This document shows, in pieces, positions 10,039 through 16,598 of a DNA stretch of 64,000 bases (within the stretch, counting starts at the first letter, position 1; every line of letters begins with the position of its first letter). The notes below the pieces were generated by a model. That model did not search any database. It worked only from the letters and a program-made list of their open reading frames with translations, and was not told where the DNA came from. Source of the DNA: Bacilli bacterium (lineage in GTDB: Bacteria; Bacillota_I; Bacilli_A; RFN20; CAG-826); assembly GCA_024695235.1 (NCBI GenBank), contig JAILIP010000006.1, positions 7,378-71,377 of the forward strand. Reading direction: 5' to 3'. The translations under genes and the position numbers were made by a program.

Positions 10039-10101
10039 GTCATTATTATATCACCACACGTTCTAAAGACAAGGGAACGAATCAAAAAGGCACATAAGTG
10101 C

Positions 10102-11184
10102 CTAATTAATTTTACCGAATACTTCTTTTTCTTTTAGATAGATATTCTTGAGATTTGTGTAATACACACTCTTCATGATCATGAAGCGTTTGTGTTCTTC
10201 TTCAGATACTGATTTTAGATACATCTTCGAGAAGATGTCTTCTAGTCTAAAGAATGATTCGTATAGATTGATAATTGCGATGTGGAAGAAATATGCATCG
10301 CGTGAATAGATTAGAAGTGGCGATGAGTGAGCAATCTCACTAGCCATCTCGTATGTCTTTGAATATTGGCTAAGTCCTGCAAGACGTTCCACTCCATCGC
10401 GGAAATTAAATTTGAACATTGGATCATCTTTGTAGTTTGGAATAGCAATTAACCAACCGTATTCAATGAATTTCTTCATATCTTTGCTCTTGAGATCCAA
10501 AGCCTTCATTTCTTCTTTTATCTTTACAAAGATACTATCGACTTTTTCTTTGTCTTGGATAGCTCCACGGAACGCCATAGTGTATTCCATATGTTTTAAA
10601 TATTCTTCAACTAATGGTTTCCCGTATTTAGTGAGCAGCACCAAGATACATTCACTTTCATGGAGTGTTCTCCATGTGGAGAAAGCTTCTGTTTCAAAGC
10701 CTTGTGTCATTAATGAGGTGATAGCCTTACACATGGCAAGTCCTTTATAAAGGATATCCACCACTAATGTTTCGCTTGGTTTTCTTTTAAGTGCTCTATT
10801 AAGAACGCCTAATGTGAAGTTAAGATATGTCTCAAGAGTCGAAATTTGAGGAGCAAACTTGCTAACTTGAGTTGTGTTTTTATATGAAAGATGCTCATTT
10901 GTGAAATATTTATCAAGGGCAATGGATGCTACTTTGCCTAAATATACTTCATCATCTTCTTTAAAATCTGGCTCATTATCTTTGATAAAGCCATATTCAT
11001 TGACGATATATAAAATTAAAACAACAGGGTTTAAAGGAACAACACGACCAAAAACGTTGTTTTCAATTAGCTCTTTAGCGCCTTCATCAGCAACTTCATA
11101 AGCTTGATAAACATAGTCTTTATTTAATTTAGGATTTACGCGTAAGTCTTCATACACGCGATCGAATTGTTCTTTTGAGATCAT
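10102..11184 (-). CDS. Hypothetical cytosolic, apparently all-alpha protein (360 aa)
   Basis: Long intact ORF whose stop lies within a hairpin plus T-run (10084-10103). Its start codon lies 1 nt downstream of the glpK stop codon on the minus strand. No motif I can assign. Confidence 0.6.
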   Translation of the reverse strand: MISKEQFDRVYEDLRVNPKLNKDYVYQAYEVADEGAKELIENNVFGRVVPLNPVVLILYIVNEYGFIKDNEPDFKEDDEVYLGKVASIALDKYFTNEHLSYKNTTQVSKFAPQISTLETYLNFTLGVLNRALKRKPSETLVVDILYKGLAMCKAITSLMTQGFETEAFSTWRTLHESECILVLLTKYGKPLVEEYLKHMEYTMAFRGAIQDKEKVDSIFVKIKEEMKALDLKSKDMKKFIEYGWLIAIPNYKDDPMFKFNFRDGVERLAGLSQYSKTYEMASEIAHSSPLLIYSRDAYFFHIAIINLYESFFRLEDIFSKMYLKSVSEEEHKRFMIMKSVYYTNLKNIYLKEKEVFGKIN

Positions 11185-11185
11185 A

Positions 11186-12673
11186 TTATTTTCTTTCTGG
11201 TTTAAACATCATAGCAGATTTAACTGCTAAGGCCCAACCATCACATCTTCTTTTCGCTTCTTTTAAAGACATCTTAGGAGTGTATGTCTCTTTATATTCG
11301 TGTGTCTTATGAATTTCATTCATATTCTTCCAATATCCACTCTTAAGACCTGCTAAATAGGCAACACCTAATGCGGTTGTTTCTAAGCATGCTGGTTTTT
11401 GAATATTGATTTGAAGAATGTCGCTTTGGAATTGCATGAGGATATTAGATGCAGTTGCACCTCCATCAACTTGTAGGGAAGTCATATGAATTCCGGATTC
11501 AGCTTCCATTAAATCAAAGACATCTTTAGATTGATAAGCGATTGCTTCGAGTGTTGCGCGTATAATGTGCGACTTATTTGTCGCGCGCGTCATACCAAAC
11601 ATTGCTCCGCGGACATCATCATCCCAATATGGTGTGCCTAGTCCAACAAAGGCAGGAACAAAATACACTCCATTGGAACTTGATTCTTTTTTGGCTTCAG
11701 GATCACATTCTGGTGCTTCACGAATGACTTTGAGTCCGTCTCTAAGCCATTGAATGGCAGCACCTCCAATAAAGACACTACCTTCAAGAGCGTAGTTAAC
11801 TTTTCCATCAAGTCCCCAGGCAATAGTCGTGAGCAATCCTTTCTTTGAAAGGACAGCTTTTTCACCTGTATTTAAAAGCATGAAGCAACCAGTTCCATAT
11901 GTATTTTTAGATTGACCAGCAAGGAAACAGTTATGTCCAAACAAAGATGCTTGTTGGTCCCCTGCCACTGCCATGATATGAACTTTGGTTGAGAAGAAAC
12001 TCACTGGCCCATAATCATAACTAGATTCACATACTTTTGGAAGCATGATTTCAGGGATATTAAAGATTTTTAATAAATCTTTGTCCCATTTGAGTTTAAA
12101 GATATTGTAAAGCATTGTTCTTGATGCATTTGTCACATCAGTTAAATGCTTTTTACCATTGCTTAGTTTATAGATGAGCCAGCTATCGACTGTACCGAAC
12201 ATGAGTTCTCCAGCTTCCGCTCTTTTTTGACCATCTTTGATATGGTCTAGAATGAAACGAATTTTACTAGCGGAGAAATATGGATTAATAAGTAAGCCAG
12301 TTCTTGAATGAATAAGTTCTTCTTTATCAGATACCGCTTCACAAATATCGACTGATTGTCTTGATTGCCAAACAATCGCATTATACACAGGATTTCCTGT
12401 AGCTTTATCCCATACAATTGTGGTCTCTCTTTGGTTAGTGATACCAACAGAATCGATCTGATTCCAGGTGATATTTGATTTAATCATTACTTCGGATATG
12501 ACGTCTACTACTGAAATGAATATTTCAGTTGCATCACTTTCAACATATCCTTCATGTGGATAAAGGCATTTAACTTCACGATTCGCCATCGCGATTTTAT
12601 GACCACCTTTATCAAATAAAATGGCACGTGATGATGTAGTGCCTTGATCAATAGCTAAAACATACTTATTCAT
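11186..12673 (-). CDS. glpK: Glycerol kinase
   Basis: 495 aa, FGGY family. N-terminal AIDQGTTSSRAILFD and conserved GlpK blocks throughout. Confidence 0.96.
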   Translation of the reverse strand: MNKYVLAIDQGTTSSRAILFDKGGHKIAMANREVKCLYPHEGYVESDATEIFISVVDVISEVMIKSNITWNQIDSVGITNQRETTIVWDKATGNPVYNAIVWQSRQSVDICEAVSDKEELIHSRTGLLINPYFSASKIRFILDHIKDGQKRAEAGELMFGTVDSWLIYKLSNGKKHLTDVTNASRTMLYNIFKLKWDKDLLKIFNIPEIMLPKVCESSYDYGPVSFFSTKVHIMAVAGDQQASLFGHNCFLAGQSKNTYGTGCFMLLNTGEKAVLSKKGLLTTIAWGLDGKVNYALEGSVFIGGAAIQWLRDGLKVIREAPECDPEAKKESSSNGVYFVPAFVGLGTPYWDDDVRGAMFGMTRATNKSHIIRATLEAIAYQSKDVFDLMEAESGIHMTSLQVDGGATASNILMQFQSDILQINIQKPACLETTALGVAYLAGLKSGYWKNMNEIHKTHEYKETYTPKMSLKEAKRRCDGWALAVKSAMMFKPERK

Positions 12674-12779
12674 ACCTAAATTATAGACAAATTAAACATA
12701 TTTGTTTATTAGTTTTTGCATTTAGATTACAATTAATTCGTATGGAGAAATATTCTACCAATAAATTACAAATAGTTAT

Positions 12780-12808
12780 TTGTTAATTATTTGTAGTTTT
12801 TTTATTAT
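12780..12808 (+). promoter_or_regulatory. Putative sigma-70-type promoter of nuclease gene 1
   Basis: TTGTTA (12780-12785), 17 nt, TATTAT (12803-12808). The inverted repeat ACAAATA-GT-TATTTGT (12768-12783) overlaps the -35. Confidence 0.4.
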
Positions 12809-12834
12809 CCTACCCCCAGAAATCAGGTATTCGT

Positions 12835-15800
12835 ATGAAATCTCTCTCCAAAAAAATATTAACCCCAATTCTAGCAATTTCTTTAGTTGCTAGTGCCGCT
12901 ACTGCTATTGGCGTAGCTATTACAGCAGCAAATAGAGAAACGACTGAAGCACGTGCTGCATCAGCGCATGATTTGGATACACTTTATTCAGCATGTGAAA
13001 CAGCTGTTACAAACAAAAGTGAATCTAGCCTTTGGAGTGCTGTAAAGACAGCAGCTGCTGATGGATATTCTTCTCTTGGCTATGATGGTTTATACACTGC
13101 ATACGCATCGACAGATGTTCAAAATAACAAGATTGTTGATATGTATTCAAACACATCTTCGTTTTCGACCAGTGATAAATGTGGTAATTATTCTGATGAA
13201 GGTGATTGCTACAATAGAGAACATACAATTCCACAATCTTGGTGGGGTGGCGGAACAAGCGCTCAAGGATGCGATATTTATATCGTTTATCCAACAGACG
13301 GAAAGATTAATGGTATGCGTTCTAATTATGCCTTTGGAGAGGTTAGTTCAGCAACATCTCAATCATCTGGCGGATATTCCAAATTAGGCCCATCAAAATT
13401 GACCACTGGTAATGGATATTCATGGGGTTATAGTGGTACAGTTTTCGAAATAAACGATGAATATAAGGGTGATATGGCTAGAGTATATTTCTACGCAATC
13501 ACAAAATGGCCAAACGTTGACTTTAGTCAAGCAACTGAAGCTACTTCGACTTTTACTGACGCAACGGGTTCATCTCGTACATCATCAAATAATTATGGTT
13601 TAACAAATTATGGTCTAAACTTAATGCTTAAATGGCATAAACAAGATCCTGTAAGCACTTGGGAAGAAACCAGAAATGGGAAAGCTGAATTAAAGCAAGG
13701 TAACAGAAACCCTTATATTGATCACCCAGAATATGTTGAATATCTCTGGGGTGATGGTTTTGATGGTGGTTCATCATCGACAGACCCATCTGCTTCAATT
13801 TCACCATCATCACCCTCTGTTACTGTCGATGACACTGTTGAATTAACAGCTACTTTAAGTAATGTTTCCGATGCCAGCAAAATTACTTGGACATCAGGAA
13901 GCGAAGCAAATGCCACTGTCGTAAAAGGCACCACCACAACAAGTCAGTCAAAAGCTACTGTAACTGGTGTTGCTGCTGGTAGTGCAACAATTAATTGTAA
14001 ATACGATGGCACAACAATAGGTTCAGTTACTGTATCGGTCACTTCTTCAGGCGGAGGGGATACCTCAAATGCTACATTTACTGCAGGAACAGATGTTGGA
14101 TCAAAAACTGGGGCTACAGGTGACCAAGGAGAAGATTCTGTAAGTAAAAACGGGATTACAATGTCGACTACTAACGGTGCATTTGCTGCATCTGGACAAT
14201 ATAGAGTATATAGCGGGGCTAGTTTAACATTTTCTTCCTCGAACAATATCACAGCAATTGAATTTTCTGGAACTGAATCAAAACCATTGTCTGGCCTAGC
14301 AACTCAAACAGGTTCATATTCATACAATAGCAGCACACACGGAGCATCTTGGTCTGGCAGCGCAACATCCGTCACATTTACGGCATCTGCTCAGACAAGA
14401 TTTTCGCCTGTTTCTGTAACTGTTGAATCTTCATCAACAAAAACATTAAGCAGTATTTCATTAAATACCGACAATGTCACAAAAACATTCACTGTTGGTG
14501 ATACATTCTCATCAAATGGGCTTGTTGTTACTGCTAATTATGACAATGGTACTTCCGCGACAGTAACCCCAAGCATAACTTCTCCTGATATGTCTAGCGC
14601 TGGAACTAAAACAGTTACAGTTAGTTATACCGAAGGTAGTGTCACAAAAACAGCTACTTATACAATTACTGTAACTGCAGCTTCTAAGGTTCTCAGTTCA
14701 ATATCTGTAGAAACCGCTCCTTCAAAACTCACATATACTGAAGGGGATTCATTCGATCCAACAGGTTTAGTTATTAATAGGGTTTACACTGTATCCTCTT
14801 ATAACGATACTTATACATACGCAAATCACACATCGGAATTCTCATTCTCACCAGCAACAAATTTAAGCACTAGTGACTCTAGTGTCACTATCACTTATGG
14901 TGGTAAAACATGCACTCAAGCAATTACTGTAAATTCATCTGGCGGATCAACTGATACGAAAACAGATGTTTTATTCGCGAAAGGTTTTGGCGAATACACA
15001 ACTAACAAATATTCAAATGCTGGTACTGACTATTCAGCCGTCGCAAATAGTACTAACGCCACAGGCACAACTTACAAGTTGCAAGTTTTCAATGGATCTA
15101 ATGGGCAAATTAAAGGCAGTGATAACTCTACTGCATCAAACAACTTTAGTGCTAGAAATTCAACAACATATTCTAACTACTATATTTCCAAAGTCGAATT
15201 GACCGTTAAAACAGGAACAATAGATGGCTCATCATCCAGCAGAAGTCTTGTTTATATTGGCTCATCCGCGTTTGCAAACCCAAGCAGTTCTGCTCCATCA
15301 GGAACTTCGATCAATGCCTCCCCTGCATCTTCAAGTCAAACAACACTCACTTGGACAAACACTAACCAAAGCGCCGCTTATTTTATCCTTTACAATTTGA
15401 AAACATCAGGTTCTGCATACTCAGATAGTTCGTCCACAGCATTAAAAATCACATGGACAGAAAAGTCTGGATCAACACCAGTTACCCCAACACTTGAAAG
15501 TATCACACTCGATACAACTAGCGTCGATAAATCATTTGAGGTGGGAGATACATTCTCATACGCAGGTTTAGTTGTCACAGCACATTATAGTGATCTTTCT
15601 ACAGCAACAGTGACACCTACTAGTGTCTCAACTCCAGACATGTCTACTGCAGGACAAAAAACAATCACCGTCACTTACGAAGGAAAGGAAGCTACATACA
15701 CAATTAATGTAACTGATCCTTCTGGTGGCGAAGCCACAGAGGCAAAAGTTAATCTTGTCTTTAGTGAAAAAGGATATGCAAATCAAGCACAACTCACTTC

Positions 15801-16524
15801 ACACAACTTGTACGAAAAAAATAATCAAACAATTACATTCACTTGCGACAAAGGATCAAACACCAACGCTCCAAAATACTACACTACAGGTGCGGCTGGA
15901 AGATTCTACGGAAGCAATACTTTCACAATCACAAGCTCAAAAGCAAATATCACCGGAATTGTTTTATCGTTCAGCTCTGGTGAAAATGAGAACGAAATTA
16001 CAGCTGATAGTGGAACATATTCAAACGGAACCTGGACAGGTACAGCTGTTTCTTCAGTCACTTTCACCATCGGTGGTACAAGTGGCCATCGTAGAATTGC
16101 TTCCATTGGCGTAGATTACTTTGGAGCATCTGAATTTGCTGATAACTTCAACAGCACAATTGGATGTAATTCCCAAGGAACATCTGAACCATCTGGAAAA
16201 AGCAATTGGTCTACATATAAGAGCAACTACAACAATATGTTGTTCACTGAAGATCAAAACACCTTGAAAGGTGCTTCGTTGCTTGAAAATGGTACAAACA
16301 TTGAAAAAGCAATGTATACATACAACTTCATCATTCATAAATATGGCACTTCAAAATACGAAAACTTTATGAATAGAACAATTGTTAATCCTAACGGAAT
16401 GCCGGGCAACTCAATTGTTTCAATGAGTAAAGATAATACTATTGCAATTATTGTCATTATGAGTGTTATCTCAGTAACATCATTAGGTGCTCTAATTGCA
16501 ATAAGAAAACGTAAAGAATACTAA
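12835..16524 (+). CDS. Surface-anchored EndA/NucM (endonuclease I)-family nuclease fusion protein, 1229 aa
   Basis: N-terminal signal. Nuclease motifs CYNREHTIPQSWW, PTDGKINGMRSNYAFGEV, GDMARVYFY, QGNRNPYIDHPE. One Big_2-like domain and three GDxFxxxGLxVTAxY Ig-like repeats. Two copies of an unassigned beta module. C-terminal helix-rich module, a TM helix, and tail RKRKEY. Confidence 0.85.
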   Translation: MKSLSKKILTPILAISLVASAATAIGVAITAANRETTEARAASAHDLDTLYSACETAVTNKSESSLWSAVKTAAADGYSSLGYDGLYTAYASTDVQNNKIVDMYSNTSSFSTSDKCGNYSDEGDCYNREHTIPQSWWGGGTSAQGCDIYIVYPTDGKINGMRSNYAFGEVSSATSQSSGGYSKLGPSKLTTGNGYSWGYSGTVFEINDEYKGDMARVYFYAITKWPNVDFSQATEATSTFTDATGSSRTSSNNYGLTNYGLNLMLKWHKQDPVSTWEETRNGKAELKQGNRNPYIDHPEYVEYLWGDGFDGGSSSTDPSASISPSSPSVTVDDTVELTATLSNVSDASKITWTSGSEANATVVKGTTTTSQSKATVTGVAAGSATINCKYDGTTIGSVTVSVTSSGGGDTSNATFTAGTDVGSKTGATGDQGEDSVSKNGITMSTTNGAFAASGQYRVYSGASLTFSSSNNITAIEFSGTESKPLSGLATQTGSYSYNSSTHGASWSGSATSVTFTASAQTRFSPVSVTVESSSTKTLSSISLNTDNVTKTFTVGDTFSSNGLVVTANYDNGTSATVTPSITSPDMSSAGTKTVTVSYTEGSVTKTATYTITVTAASKVLSSISVETAPSKLTYTEGDSFDPTGLVINRVYTVSSYNDTYTYANHTSEFSFSPATNLSTSDSSVTITYGGKTCTQAITVNSSGGSTDTKTDVLFAKGFGEYTTNKYSNAGTDYSAVANSTNATGTTYKLQVFNGSNGQIKGSDNSTASNNFSARNSTTYSNYYISKVELTVKTGTIDGSSSSRSLVYIGSSAFANPSSSAPSGTSINASPASSSQTTLTWTNTNQSAAYFILYNLKTSGSAYSDSSSTALKITWTEKSGSTPVTPTLESITLDTTSVDKSFEVGDTFSYAGLVVTAHYSDLSTATVTPTSVSTPDMSTAGQKTITVTYEGKEATYTINVTDPSGGEATEAKVNLVFSEKGYANQAQLTSHNLYEKNNQTITFTCDKGSNTNAPKYYTTGAAGRFYGSNTFTITSSKANITGIVLSFSSGENENEITADSGTYSNGTWTGTAVSSVTFTIGGTSGHRRIASIGVDYFGASEFADNFNSTIGCNSQGTSEPSGKSNWSTYKSNYNNMLFTEDQNTLKGASLLENGTNIEKAMYTYNFIIHKYGTSKYENFMNRTIVNPNGMPGNSIVSMSKDNTIAIIVIMSVISVTSLGALIAIRKRKEY

Positions 16525-16540
16525 TTTGATATATAAGTGA

Positions 16541-16569
16541 GGCGTAGCAATTGCTACGTCTTTCTTTTA
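16541..16569 (+). terminator. Intrinsic terminator after nuclease gene 1
   Basis: Stem GGCGTAGC / GCTACGTC with an AATT loop, followed by TTTCTTTT. Confidence 0.75.
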
Positions 16570-16598
16570 TATTCACTTTGTATTAGAATATACACGTT

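Larger units (their letters stand above)
9590..10060. repeat. Two diverged tandem ~235-nt units, each a type I TA-like module
   Basis: Units begin at GTCAAAG (9590 and 9825). The 5' leaders align closely (GTCAAAG..AAAGAC.TTAAAACTCG.GAAT.GAT.ACCTC...AAAGGAGGTA). The ORFs and 3' elements are conserved in layout. Confidence 0.8.

Noticed and set aside
9590-10060. Considered whether the tandem repeats were a CRISPR array or a mobile-element end
   Set aside because: There are only two ~235-nt units. Each contains an RBS-led sORF and promoter-like elements. There is no short repeat/spacer periodicity and no cas or transposase genes.
12797-12803. T7 homopolymer in the spacer of the predicted nuclease 1 promoter, as a possible phase-variation tract. 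Also A5-A6 runs in the 5' coding regions.
   Set aside because: Tracts of 7 nt or less are short for efficient slippage and are common in AT-rich DNA. Only the 13-nt duplication at 16599 has a clear frame consequence.
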